Origin: Phoronis australis
Taxonomy: Eukaryota > Animalia > Phoronida
DNA length: 64,000 nt
Assembly (NCBI GenBank): GCA_002633005.1
Contig: NMRA01000302.1
Coordinates: 126,180 to 190,179 of the forward strand
Reading direction: 5' to 3'
Shown: in pieces, positions 32,274 through 45,547 of the stretch
How positions within the stretch are numbered: the first letter of the stretch is position 1
Layout: each line of letters starts with the position of its first letter
Program-made: the position numbers and the translations under genes
The notes under the pieces: generated by a model
Told to the model about the DNA's origin: nothing
The model's database searches: none
The model's input: only the letters and a program-made list of their open reading frames with translations

Positions 32274-34742
32274 TTAACATCGCCTGTGATGCGCAATCTT
32301 AGTTGCTTCACAAGGGGGTTGCTTTCGAGCACCTGGGGTAGGCTCAACTATGGCTCGAAAAAGTTGAACAAGATATTCAAAAAATTCAGGCGAATCAATC
32401 GCAGTGTTTTGCCAGATATCATAGTGTGGGATGGGAGGGGACCCGGACAGGCCTCTTATTGAACCACATTCTAGAATATCAGCGTCTTCTACTACCGTAA
32501 AACTGCAAAAACCTCGTTTAACAACTGATTCACGAAGAAATTCCACATCAAACCGGAAGTTCTGTGACCATTGCGTTGAATCAGACAAAATAACGACTAA
32601 AAAATTGTCACTGCTGTCTGCTGCTTTTCCAAATTCATCATAAGGCAATGAACCTGGGCAAACAGCAGCAGGGTCGGCAACATAGGCATTCAAATCAAAA
32701 TAGTTCTCAAGCAGTTCTTGGAAGTATCTCAGATGAGTTGCATCGGACAGTTGTTCGCCACTAATGTACACGTCATACAGACTATGCCTACCATGACTCT
32801 CGAGGTTGCCAGCAGCGAAATATCCATAAGCTTTTTTGAAATGCTGTTTAGCTTCAGTAAACCGCTTTTCCACAAGAAATGCTGCAGCTGCTTTGATGGC
32901 AGTTTCTTTAAAGATTTCTCGGCTTTTGAGAACATTTGTTGCAAGTTCCGGAGGAATTTGCGCGTCAACAAAAAACAGTGCATCCGCATATCTACAGGCA
33001 CTTGCCAACGTTTTAAACTTTTCAAAACAATACTCCCAGTTACAAGGGTCCGATGCTATCTTATCATCAAGAAGCTCCAAAGATCTGCCATGTTTGTTTA
33101 TCAACCTACTAAAATAGCAAAATTCTAAACAAGATGAAACATCAGATGGATCCCCTTTAACTTTTCCATGTAGGATATCATAAAGTGTAATATGACATTC
33201 ACTTACAAATTCAAAAGGTACATTCATTGCAATACTAGCAGAATTTTCAATAGCTTGCAGAAAATATGACGTTGCCTTCTGAATTAGTACTTGTTTTTGG
33301 TCTGGGTGGTCCTCTGGGATGGTGTGGCTTTTATAAACATAACATTGTCCAATGAGTTCACAGGCAATCATTGCTTCTGCCAGTGACGAAGATTTCAAGT
33401 GAAGCACAGAACTGAAATAATTAATGGCCTCATCAGTTTGGCCAAGTTGTAAATGGACTCGTCCTTTGTGAATATATACCGCAGCTACATCACTTTTGCT
33501 GACGTCATAGGCCTTCCTATAATACTCTAATGCTTCTTTAAGTTCATCAATTCCTACATCACTAACTGATGTTGAAGCGTACGGTAACTGACTTTGAAGA
33601 TTTAAATGTACTTCAGTACTTATAAGTGAAAAATTACTAAAGACGTCTTCAACAAATCTAGTATTTGACAAGGTTTTGAAAGGGAATGTCAACTGAGGCT
33701 CGGTTTGGACATTTTCAATGGCTCCTGCCCGTTTTCTACTTTCTTCAACTTTATTTTGCCATTTTAAAACTTGGATGTCACCCAGATGCAAATAAATGAC
33801 AGTATTACCCTGTATCTCTTCTGCTTTCTTAAAATATTCTATAGCTTTATTAAAATTCCCTTTCTCTTTTTCGTATTTACCGCATTCTTGTAAAACAGTG
33901 CGATCTTCAGGTGCTAGTCTTATGGCTTCTCCAATACAATATTCTCTCACTTCATCAATAGAGCCCAATACTTGACTCAGTGAAAAGCTATTGACTAGTT
34001 CAATAGCACCACTAACATCCCTAAACTCAGTTGGCAAGGAATTGTAAAGCGCAAGGAACGACTGTAACTTTGTCCAAGCCTTTGCTTTCACTGCAGCGTG
34101 AGCTTTATCATGTCGAACAACCACAGAAAAAGCTTGCAGCGCCTCAACGAACAGTTCGTTTGCATCAAAGTCGCCAGGGTTTTCCAAATACCATTTTGAG
34201 GAAAGACATCTTTGCAGCACAAGAAAATAGCCGAATTGCCACAACCAATTGTCTTCATGTTGTTCGTCTATGACTTGCTTAAACCAGTATAAAGCCTCTC
34301 TGTGAAAGTGAGGCCCAAACCGAGAATAGCTGAACGCAATCTCGCTCTTTGCAGTTGCCAATTTGTACTTAAATCCATCATCATTCTCCATAGCGTCGAG
34401 TCGATTTAGTTCTTTTTCCCCATCGATTAAATTCTTATCATGAATAGCGAGATATACGAAGTTTGTAACAGCTACAATGTTCTCAGGATCGTTTTTTCTG
34501 ACACGTGCATTCAATTCTGAAGCCTTTTCAAAATTGCTTCTCTCAAAATACAAGTACGACAGGAGATTGTCATTCCGGTTGCCATTGTATGTTCGATGAT
34601 CGTTCAATTGCTCTTCCTTTACGGTTTGTATCACTTTTTTCACACGCATCGACCTTTCGTTCCCCTTCAGTTTCAACTGAAATGAGCTAGGAAATCTACT
34701 CAGACGCCTCTTTAAGTTCTCAATCTTGTTACCAGACTCCAT
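32274..34742 (-). CDS. Single-coding-exon IFIT/TTC22-like tetratricopeptide-repeat protein with C-terminal TIR-like domain (~822 aa from the Met at 34742; ORF open from 34943)
   Basis: Uninterrupted 889-codon ORF. TPR/IFIT-like segments: LSRFPSSFQLKL, NLLSYLYFERSNFEKA...DPENIVAVTN, SEIAFSYSRFG...ALYWFKQV and EAIRLAPEDRTVLQECGKYEKEKGNFNKAIEYFKKA. The C-terminal YDVYIS...CPG...FLVVILS...SQNFRFDVE follows the TIR betaA/BB-loop/betaC/alphaC pattern. Confidence 0.8.
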   Translation of the reverse strand: MESGNKIENLKRRLSRFPSSFQLKLKGNERSMRVKKVIQTVKEEQLNDHRTYNGNRNDNLLSYLYFERSNFEKASELNARVRKNDPENIVAVTNFVYLAIHDKNLIDGEKELNRLDAMENDDGFKYKLATAKSEIAFSYSRFGPHFHREALYWFKQVIDEQHEDNWLWQFGYFLVLQRCLSSKWYLENPGDFDANELFVEALQAFSVVVRHDKAHAAVKAKAWTKLQSFLALYNSLPTEFRDVSGAIELVNSFSLSQVLGSIDEVREYCIGEAIRLAPEDRTVLQECGKYEKEKGNFNKAIEYFKKAEEIQGNTVIYLHLGDIQVLKWQNKVEESRKRAGAIENVQTEPQLTFPFKTLSNTRFVEDVFSNFSLISTEVHLNLQSQLPYASTSVSDVGIDELKEALEYYRKAYDVSKSDVAAVYIHKGRVHLQLGQTDEAINYFSSVLHLKSSSLAEAMIACELIGQCYVYKSHTIPEDHPDQKQVLIQKATSYFLQAIENSASIAMNVPFEFVSECHITLYDILHGKVKGDPSDVSSCLEFCYFSRLINKHGRSLELLDDKIASDPCNWEYCFEKFKTLASACRYADALFFVDAQIPPELATNVLKSREIFKETAIKAAAAFLVEKRFTEAKQHFKKAYGYFAAGNLESHGRHSLYDVYISGEQLSDATHLRYFQELLENYFDLNAYVADPAAVCPGSLPYDEFGKAADSSDNFLVVILSDSTQWSQNFRFDVEFLRESVVKRGFCSFTVVEDADILECGSIRGLSGSPPIPHYDIWQNTAIDSPEFFEYLVQLFRAIVEPTPGARKQPPCEATKIAHHRRC

Positions 34743-36068
34743 AATACGAAAGGTCGTGTACAACTTTTCCAACTTGTTGCTTCCTACTTGACTGGAATCT
34801 TCCAAGAAAAAGACGTCACTGACGCAAAGGATTATGGGATAGCAATCCTCCAAAGCAGCACGGCTGGTAGGCAATGACCATCGCCTATGTTGGCCCGAAC
34901 CAGAGTATACTATCCCACAAATCTCTCGGGCATGCGCGCACATCAGTCCCTTTAAGAACTAGGTCAACGTTAGAGGGCAGTCACACAAGGAAGTTGAACA
35001 TTTGAAGTTAACTTGTGATGAATGAACTATGCAATTTACATAACGTAAAATTGCCGCGAGGACTTGACAGGGACTTCAGGGGTCACACACTCCACTGATT
35101 TATCCACATTATTTTGAAAACGCTTGGTCCAGTCACACATTGTGTGTCATAAAAGAGATAAGCATACCAAGTAGAACTACTCTCGTTTATCACATTGGTG
35201 TAGACTCACAGTTGAACTGCATGTGGTTTTCTGTAGTGAAGTACGGCGAATAGTGTCATCCTTAGGAAAGCGATGCAAGGTACCCAAAGCGCGTGTAAGA
35301 CGATAATGAGAACATCCTGGTACGCGGCAACAGCGTGGAATGTTGACTGACTCGTAAATAAAAGCAAACGACGACCAACTTATGTCAGCCGAGGTAGAAC
35401 AATTTGACTGAATTGACAGCTCTCACAGTCTGACGTGCTGTATGAACAGAAATTGGCGCAAAATTCTTGCCTCCCAAATCGTCACTTCCGGAGTAGAGGA
35501 CGAGAAATTAATTAAATTACGAAAAGCTGTAATTCAGTGAAAAATATGTCTGGGATACTCAACAGACCTTATTTTTGCTAAACGTGACATGAAAAAAGGT
35601 TGCCTTCGCCTTTAAAATCATGTCACAGTATATTTTACGGAGGGATGTGACCTTAAAGTTTGGTTCTAACCCGGCTTCAGTAAATGAAAGTTTAGGCCCT
35701 TCTACCAGGTACGTGCGGTAATTTTCTAAAAAGTATTCTCGTGTATTTGCGTGGCCACGTAGCAGTGTAGACCCGTGCATGTATATGTTATTACTTTTTT
35801 CATTGATTTTACAATAACTTATTAATGTTCTATGTTCACTGTAGCGCAACGTTATTTGAAATTCTTAGTAGAATGTTATATGCATGCATACAGGTGTACC
35901 TATACCTGTGAAATAAAATTAATGAAAAGTTTACGCCTTGTAAAAAACCCAGTCCAATACTTCGTGTTATCGACATCATACTGTGCGTTGTACAATGGTT
36001 CCGGTCTTGGAGGACTGTCCCACTTGTTAAATTTTCCCACCATCAAATTGTCCCCTTTTCACACCGTC

Positions 36069-36240
36069 ACGGCGAAATTGACGTTATGGCGGCTTTGTAC
36101 GTTTCCCACGCAACGTAAAGTCCTATTTTCCTGTTTGACTAAAAAGAAAAACGGCGAAATTGACGTCATGGCGGCTTTGTCATACGTCAGTTTCCCACGC
36201 AACGTAAAGTCCTATTTTCGTGTTTGACTTAAAAGAAAGA
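36069..36240. repeat. Tandem duplication of an ~80-bp unit
   Basis: ACGGCGAAATTGACGT.ATGGCGGCTTTGT...TTTCCCACGCAACGTAAAGTCCTATTTTC.TGTTTGACT.AAAAGAAA occurs twice. Confidence 0.85.
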
Positions 36241-39200
36241 GAAAACGGGACGTTGTTCATAGGTTTTGAGGTACATAAAATTAACCGGATTCGAAGAAAT
36301 TAAGTCCAAGGGGTGCTGTCGGGACGTACGTTATGGTGCCCTGTTGCGCCGATTACTGATTTCACCAGCCACACTCCGTTTTGGCATACACGCAGAAGTG
36401 CCGCTGCTTTACGTACAGTAGGTCTCGCATTTCAACTAGTTGACAAAATAATATTGTCTCTTTTGATATAAATATTGTTACTTTTACAGTCCACTTTCGT
36501 TAGAGTAACATAACAATTAGAATTATGTGTTCACTCTTGTTTATACGGTAACACACACTAGAGGCATCCGTATCGCTACTGTTTACATTCTGGAGAAATA
36601 CTTTACTTTATATCGAAATTTGTATGTCCTTCACTGCAACAAATGTTACGATCCATCCACAATATATTTAAATCTAAACTATGTTTGCGTATTTTTAGCC
36701 TGAATTTTACTCAAGAATAAAATTGGCACTGAAAAGCATAAAAACTCCAGTCATAAGTACATGGAAGATGTATAATTTCGAACTGAATGACTGCATGGCT
36801 AATTCTTGACAACGACTGCGACTAGGGAATTCTATTCTACTGAAAATCTGTCTTTATCCAGTATCAATCTTTTGAATAAAAAAAATTCCTTAATATTAAA
36901 AGGACGCTAAATCCTGTTTTGATGGTATCAACCAATCCTCGTTCTGTCACCTGCTAATGCATCATTGTCGCCAATTCTGCAAGCTAAAGGCACTGCACGA
37001 ATCGACTAAAAACTTGGTGGGTTTTTTCCCACGGTTGCCGTGTAATTCGCTAAAAGCGTAGGTCACGCTTGTCTGTTTAACAAACTTTTAAAGGAGTTTT
37101 CATTTTTTTCTCAAAACTTTTGATTGTTGTCTTGGGTTACAAATTATTTTGTTTTAGAGAAATGGATGGACTGGATGGGGAAGTCTTTTTTGTATCTGTT
37201 AAGGTTTGGTGTCCGTTACACAGGTTAATTAATTAACTAATTTTAGTTAATTATGGTTTAACTAATACGTTCTGCTATTTTTGGGGTTTGGTAAAAATAA
37301 AAACCCTGGATTCTTAGACCTTTCTAAATCTGTTATACAAAATAATGACATGCATGGATTTTGCGTTGGATTAGTCTTCCAGGCAACTTCTAGGCAACAC
37401 CCAGTCGTATAAAATTTCAAATGGTGACAAAAAAGATAATTACCCATCCTGTCGTCACTTTGTGCCGTAGTTTTCATGCTGGGTATGTGAACTCTTTCAA
37501 CCAATACTGCAAGTTCATTGATGAAATAAGATTACCATATGACAGGATAAAAAGACATTCCGGTGCGTTTTCTTGTGACTGGCGTAAGTTTAACGTTGTA
37601 CACCGTGTAATTGCTAGTTACTTGTTCATTTAAATAATCTTCATTACATTTCCGACCAATACCGTCATTTCACTTAAAGCCTCAGAACGAAAAAACAGGG
37701 CCATGAAATACAACACTGAGGCGTCTCAACTGACATTCATGTATTGTGTCTATGACTACTCAGTAGTCATCAGTCATGACGTATTGTAAAACTGCAAGTT
37801 CGTAACAGGGTTTGCCCGAAAATACAGGATGTAAGCTAACTCTTTGTAACATATTACCAGCTTAACTAGTATTCCATACCTTTCATACTTACAAATAAAG
37901 GTTGCGGATATACATGTCCTATGAAAACATTATTTATTTTCAAAGAAGGCGCAAGGTCGCGTTTCAGGTAGAAGATAACAACTACAGATCATGAGTACTT
38001 CGACTATAAAACAGTTTGGTGTGCTTCTTTTCAAACCTTATCAGTCAGGCTGCTGATCATTCCAAACACAAGCGTATGTAATGTATTTCCTGTGCTATGC
38101 TTTACCGTGTTGAAATCTTTTTACCTCTTATATTCCAATCCTTTTGAGGATTCATCGAAGGATTGTTAGTTGCGTATTTCCCTCCCTATTAATGCAATCC
38201 TGCCATCTGAGGAACATGTGAAACATCAACACTGACTAATTGCTGTTCCATGCCAATACAAAAATGGGAGGGGTCGGGCATCCAATATTTGAGAATAACA
38301 CCAACCCCTTATATGGTATCATGTTGACACAGAGAAAATAATAAAACATGGATATTCATTTTTTACTTTTACATGTTATATTTGTCAATTGGAGCTACTT
38401 ATTAAGAATCAATCATGTACATGCCAAGTTCTCTTATGATTAATGTGTTTTTATACAGTCACCCTGAAGAGTGTTTTTTTGTTTGGATGGCACTACTCTA
38501 AAGCTCTCTAATTTGCCACGAAGTGAAATTTATTTATTTTGCTCAAGGCTGGAGGCTGCCCAAATTCTAGAAAAAGGCATACCTGTCTGTGCCAAATGCA
38601 AGAATCGCAAGAAAGACAACAGTGAAATTAACCACGTCCCAAATTCTGGAATTATGCGGAATATTTGTCCCAAATTCTAGAGACTGTTTCAAATCAGAGA
38701 ATTTCTACCGTACATATTTTTGGCACCCTAATAAAGTGTATTACATGAAATATCCCTTAAAGGTCAAAATCTTACCCTTATAATAGGAGGATTTAGGGGG
38801 GGGGCAGGGGCCCCGCCCCCCTCCAAAATGAAACAGCAACAGCGTGAGGAAATATTGAGTCCAGAAGCTAGGACCGGTATAGGGCTCAGACGTGGATACA
38901 CGGTCCTGTTTTTTTTTAGTCCACAGAAGGTTTACATCCTTGGCCCAAGCAACTTTCCGGCTGCCTGTGCACTTACAAACGAGTTGCCCAATTCCCCGAG
39001 GATGTTGGTATCCTTATGGTATCCTAGATACACCAATGCTTAACGTGTCACGCACAAAACGATACTCAAGGTTCTGGCAGCCGCTGCCTCCTCCCAAACA
39101 CAATACATTGAAGATGTCCCAAAGTTCAGTGACTGCAATTCACTTAGACATATCTCTATCATTTATCTTCTCTAGACTCCTTTATTCAAAATTGAACATG

Positions 39201-39803
39201 ACAATTTTGATTAGACAGAAAACATCACAGGTTTCAGCATTTTCCAATACTTCAGTTGGACCCATTACAAAACTTTTTACACATACATGTAGGTGCGGCT
39301 TGCTCTGAACAACATTCTTCAACCCACGAACACCACACGGTTGCAAATGCTGGTATTTCTAAGTTACAGAGGGTTGAAAAATTAACCATTTTTCCGTGGT
39401 CATAATCTGCAGAGTTTACTATAAGGCATTCTTTTCTGGGACCATTACGTAACAAACAAAACAGCACACATCAAAATGTACTGCCAAAATAACTAATTAA
39501 AAACAAAGTTAAATCTATACAAAATACGGAGGCATTTAATATATTATACAACACAGAAAAACTGCGAACTATTAGACTTCTGTACACTAAATAAATGTTA
39601 TGCTTTTAAGAATACTTATGAAATAAATAAAAAAACTGTTGAGATAGTACAAAACATGATTGAATTTAACCTTTGCCAGCACCCTCAATGCCATACTGCT
39701 CAATGTCTACAAGAATCTTTCGCACTTTGCACAATTTCACAATTCGGGAACTCCTTTTTGACCTTCATGACCTTTTGACCCTTATTCAAGATGCTTTCAA
39801 ATC

Positions 39804-42800
39804 CTACAACTCATCTTTGTTATCTTGAGCCTCAGCCGCATCAACGGCTTTCTTCACCTCCATATAGATGTCCTCGACAGAATTCCATGGTCCCCAAGCT
39901 TTGATCACCTTACCGTCGGTGTCGATTAAGTACTTGAAAAAGTTCCACGACGGAGGCACGTGAGAATCACCTGTTAAGAGAATCTTGATGGATTAATACA
40001 CAGCATTCTTAGCGCTGCGGGGTCATTCATTGGTAGTTATGTAGACGCAAGAATCTCGCTCAGCAAGCTAGTGCGATCACGTGGTTCTAAAGCGAGTTTG
40101 GCAATAGTCTGATATAACGTGCCCAGATTTTGAAAACCACTTTGATGCCTGTTATTCAGTGCAGAAAACTGGACAGGTTCTGAAAATTCGGCCGCGTTAT
40201 ATCAGACCATAACTGTGATTTTTTTTACAGAACAAAGGTACACAACACAGATTTAAAGAGCAGATATCAATAGTTTTCTTTGAGAAAATAACATGTTGGC
40301 CATTCCTAGCAATATCCCAATTGTCATGACAATTCATTTGTAAAACTCGTTCAGTATCGAATGCAATTTTGGGGAACAGTGAAATTTCATTTTAGTGGAT
40401 TTCTCAACAAAAATTACTAGACAGAAAGTTTGATCTCGTTACTAACACTGCTTGAATTGAAAATTGAACATTGCAAACTTTTAGCACTGCAAAGAGAATG
40501 GCAAAATTATTATTTTGGTATCTCGTCCTATTTGCCAAGGTCACTGATTACTATATCATGCCACGTTGACCTCTATAGTACGTCAATGATAAATCAAATG
40601 CTTCACAAGTAATAAGACTATTTCCTTGGAACATCCCATTTCCCACAATGGCACAGGTCAAGTTTGAATCAATTTAACAATGGTCACAAAAAATGAGTTA
40701 ATGCTTCTTGCTTTTTATTAATGGTTCTACTGAGCAAAGAGTAGAGCTCACTTCCCTTGAAACACCGCTTAATTTTTATTTTACCTTCCTTTGAAGTTGG
40801 CCAATTTGAATCTTATGATGTAGCACACTTGATCACTGACAAAAGATTCGCAACTCCAATATTTTTCTATGAAATTCCCACAGGAGAATCGACCCTCAGC
40901 GTGAGGTTAGTAACGGGATAATGTACTAGCAGGAGGTAAAACTGGTCATCACACCAGGTGCTGCTAGTGAATAGCAATGTTCGGACCAATAGCAAAACTG
41001 CAGTAAAGTTGGTCGCAGCTGAAAATAAATGGAGCTGGCAGTCCATGTTTGTCAATGTTAGCACCCATTGCATCCCATCATATCTTCAGGCTCAAAACAG
41101 ATACCAGTAAATATACTTCATGTTGTGTTAGCATTACAATGGATTACCATGCCCTCAAAACCATCTCACTGGTGGCATGAAAGACACAACTTCGAATTAT
41201 AAAACTCTTGTCCATTTCCATTTCTCTTGTATGTTTATCAGCCATTAATAGGGCCTGTATCCAATAACAGGCAAGGTTTCAGCATCCCTTTTGTCTAAGA
41301 TTAACAAATAATTTACAATATCTATGTGACCAAGTGACCATTCACAAATTAAAGTAATCCGTCACCATTGCTACCAGTTTTAAAACAAATTTGAATTAAG
41401 AAATGTGTGAAGTGATAAACTTACTGATAAGATATAACCATGAGAAAGGAACCTGCTCGTCTAAAACATTGATCTTGGCAAACATAGGAAAGTTCACGCT
41501 GTACTTCTCTTTTACAAACTGTGCAATCTCAGCATTGCTCTGCAACATGAAACATCAGTACAAAGCATTACAAATATCTCGCATTAAGTGTCAACTCCCA
41601 ACGAGAGTGCTTTGAAATACAGATATCCATTGTAGGGCATCACGGCTCACGCCCCAATCATCTACCACACTCAAACATTTAGTAGCATCGGTGCTTTATT
41701 GCCAAGAACTTAACGCCAACACAGAAGTTACTCTGCTTCACACAATTGTTTGGATCCATCTTCATGATATTGAGGGTTGACAGCATTCGTGGTGCTTGTA
41801 AAATTCTATTGATGAAGTACAAAATACTGTGAAACGGGTCAAATTTCTAATGGTGTACGTAGAACTTTGAAATTTAAAAATTTACCATGTGTGGTAAGTA
41901 GCGTACCATTAATGAGTTAATGAGCAAACGTTAATGGAATTTTGCATGGGTCATCTCACTGAAGTCACAAATATGTAAATTAATCCTCGCTTACACATGA
42001 CCTTGGGACCCCTCGTGTTCGAAGTCAAGTGACACAAACTTCATAAATGAGGATGAGATATCAATGAATACCAAGCAGTTATAAGCCTCTGCATGGAATG
42101 TAAGTGCTCAGCAAAGTTTAAGACTTCATATTAGTAAGCTACAGTTAGTCAGCAATCAAGAAGATAACCAAGTCGAAAATGAGGCAGTCATGGAAAAGCT
42201 AGACGGTTTGCACAGGGTATGGTCAACACGTGAAATGACCTTTATGTCAAACTTCTAATTAAACAAGTTCAAAGTGAACCTTATGAATTTAAATTCTGTA
42301 TTATTAAAAACATGGTTTCTATTATATAACTGTCACCACAAAACAACATATTTCATTATTTATAACTTTGAGTTAGACTTTGAAAAATCAAAAATGGCCA
42401 TTTATTGTATGAAAATAACCATAAGCCTCACTCTATAGCTCAATCAAAACACTTCCATTAACCTGATGATAACCTTCTTCTGCCATAAAAAGGTTCAACA
42501 GGCCAGTGCTCCACTCTTTCAAGAAATTAAATTCACATGATCCTACTTGTACTCATTTCAGTGTAGCCCATCTCCTACTAAACTCCCACCTTTGGCTCCT
42601 GAGCCCCGAACTGGTTGCATGGGAAGGCCAGTACAGTGAACTTTCCATTCTTTCCAAGGCTCTTGTGCATGCTCACTAGCGCCTTGTAGTGGCCATCGGT
42701 GAAACCACACTCACTGGCCACATTCACGACCAGGCTAACCTAAATAAAACGATAAATGTGAGATGCACTGGCAGACCTAAGAAATCTCAAATGTGGACCA

Positions 42801-45547
42801 ATTATAGCTGTTAGGGAAAACGTTCAAGTCAGCCATAAAATCCACAAGTAAGAGACATTTCATTTGTCACACCTGGGGCTGTGGCCCAGCCTGAAATCCA
42901 CAAATGGTACACACAAGAGTATCTGCTCCTACCATCACTCACATTTCCAGATTTTCAAGCTTTAACAACCATGTTCCAACTAGTCTTATGCTGAGCTAAA
43001 CATCTCCAATGTACTCATCAGGTTTTTTAATTGACCCGCCCTAAATGTTGACTGGAATTGGATAGGCCAAGGAAATGGCACAATTGTTTCTGGGCAGTGG
43101 TTTGCTTGAAACTTAATGCAGTGACACTGTATTTCTCAATAGTTGTCCATTATCTCAAAATAAAGTCACCCAATGTCATCCTTTTGTACCCCGAGTTACC
43201 TGATGCCAACTGTGATGAACATCTCTAAGAATGAGATACTATTTTTTCTTCAACATGAAAAAATACAAAAAACAAAAGAATGTAAATGATGAGTACATCT
43301 GAACATGGAAAAGACAGCTAAAAATGTGTCTTACCATGCCTTTGAATTTTTCCAGCTTTATAACTTTTCCTGTTATGTCAATTGCAATGAATGAGTAAAA
43401 CGTCTGTGGAACATCTAGAGGTTTTTCTTCTATATTGTCAAGGATTTTGGAAAAGTCATCATGGACGGGTATTTCCTCAACACTATCTGTATCTTCATTC
43501 TGAACATCATCTGAAATAAATTGCAGGATATCAAGAGTTACAGTTTAAAGTTACATAACTCAAATACAATAAAGTTACTCATTTGTGTGTGAAAATATCA
43601 CATTTACTGGCAAAGACTCAAGAATGCTTATCCCTAAATCGAAATTTTGAAGGATGTGTTTAAGTATAATTCAAATGGAAAATATCTCTATTCCAAAAAC
43701 TGTGAAACAATATGAAAAATTTAACAACACATAGACCACCCTAACTCGTTTGTTTTCTTGAGTAAACATGAGTTCAAAATTTGCTGTCAGGTGTCGATAT
43801 GCACATGCGTGTGAGTGGTATGCGTGTGTCCTTTGTCGATTGTACATTGCTTTTATGTTTTCAATAACTATACTAAAAATGTCTTATAGATTATAAGATC
43901 CACATATAAGTATAGGAATATTTTCCGAGATGAACCCAGGCACTGATACACAAAAGCATCTCTGAATGCAAAAAAAACAAAATATATTTCAGTGAAGGTA
44001 ATGCATGGGATATATCTTCAAAGGCACAGTAATCACAGAGATTAAAGAGAACAATCAAACCAATAATTTGAGGTCAATAAATCTTTAATACAATTTTAAA
44101 AAAACAATGCCAAAGCTAAATTTAACTTGAGAGAATATTAACTTTGAAGTTTAGATTCTTGTGACAAATGTTAGTGAATCATAAATTTAAGTGTGGAGGG
44201 TTGTGTGAAAATTATAGACGTATGGACCACGTACAGACAGACCAAGTTAGCAAGCAACATGTCATTCCTCATTACAACAGCTTCCAAATCCAGACATCAA
44301 CATAGTCTATTGGTTAGTGAACTCACGGTCTCTTATTTCATATTATAACTCGCTCAGTTAACTTGGTCTGCCTACACGGTCCAACCTCGAAAACCAAATA
44401 AACTTCAGCACCCGAGTTGCAGCCAACCACTCAAATCTGAATGTTTCCCTCAAGTTTAGTCTGCCAAATACAGATTTTCCTAAGTCAATTTCAGTTTTAT
44501 GAGCTTCATTTTAACTCCCTCCCCAAACAGAAATTATAACAAACAGAAACTCATAAAACAATTAAAGTCTACTTTAGGAAAGTCGCATTTGGCAGACCTC
44601 AGTGTAGTTCACTTGGTCTGCGAGGTTGGACCACTGCAAGCAGAGCAAGCTAACTCAATCTCTTTAACTTACTAATGGTCTACAATGCCATTAAAGACTA
44701 CACTAGTCCTTGAGTAAAATAAATACAGGTGTTGAAAAATAGCCATTGTATGGTGGTTCTGCAGTTAGTATTTTATTACCACCATGCAAACCAAATTTCT
44801 GAGCAAATAGTGGTTCAGCGAAACTCTCATTGCATCTCCCATTTAAGATGTTGCAAAAAATTTAGAAAAAGGCATGTGTCATGTGTGAATGATTTTTAAC
44901 ACAATGACAGAGTTTTTAATTTTGTCACAAAAGCCAAAGAAAGTTAGAAAAATATTGTTTATTAGATCAACTGTTTTTCACTCAAATTCAGTTTACGGCT
45001 GTGGGCCAAGTACAAGGTGACGCCATAGTATTCAAAGTATACAGTGACAACCGTCTCTAGCTAGTACAGCGTACAAAGCCCCTATAGGAGCTTCACTGTC
45101 TCTACTGGGGCCAGCTAAAGTCACTGTCCCACCTTCCCTGAATTTGAATTTTGTCATGATGAATTTGACTTGTGTCGAATTGATTTAAAAATCAGTGTAA
45201 CAAGTTTCAGGTACTGGGATATTACTAGTAGTCAAATTGGGACATTTTGGGTTTTAGTTAATACTTCAACGCATTTATTCTGGCAGTGTTTATCACACTG
45301 TCACTGACCGCTCTGGCAGGTCATCACTCATTGACTATGGCCAGACAGGCCAGGCATAGGCAAGCGGCTACGCTAAGCATTGGCCATATGTCCCAAAATC
45401 ACGCAACCAAAGGAACGCCACTGTAGTGATGCCGGGGCATTGGATAGAAATAGATGCACCTGATGAATTAACTCCAACAGACAACATAAACATCAACAGC
45501 ACTACAGCCACCATAAACTTTGCTTTAGAAGTTTTCCAACTCATCAT
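39804..45547 (-). CDS. GPX7: ER-resident Cys-type glutathione peroxidase 7-like (GPX7/8 family); exons 45547-45460, 43510-43335, 42739-42590, 41539-41425, 39970-39804; 231 aa
   Basis: The spliced CDS is 696 nt. It encodes a signal peptide ([28 protein letters not shown]), [53 protein letters not shown] and C-terminal NKDEL*. The catalytic codon is TGT (Cys). Gln in QEP favours GPX7 over GPX8. Confidence 0.92.
40107..40207. mobile_element. ~100-bp hairpin MITE in GPX7 intron 4
   Basis: TIR GTCTGATATAACG / CGTTATATCAGAC plus inner inverted arms. Confidence 0.6.

Noticed and set aside
34743-34943. N-terminal 67 aa of the 889-aa ORF as true coding sequence
   Set aside because: Family-like sequence begins after the Met at 34742 and a plausible splice acceptor lies near 34797, so the extension is probably UTR or intron. 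Not fully excluded.
39500-42740. Selenoprotein GPx with a SECIS element
   Set aside because: The active-site codon is TGT (Cys), not TGA, so no SECIS is needed and none was evident.
45281-45303. TGGCAGTGT (miR-34/449 seed) in a small hairpin near CDC20
   Set aside because: The stem is only 9 bp with a 5-nt loop and the rest does not match mature miR-34/449. It is too short for a pre-miRNA.
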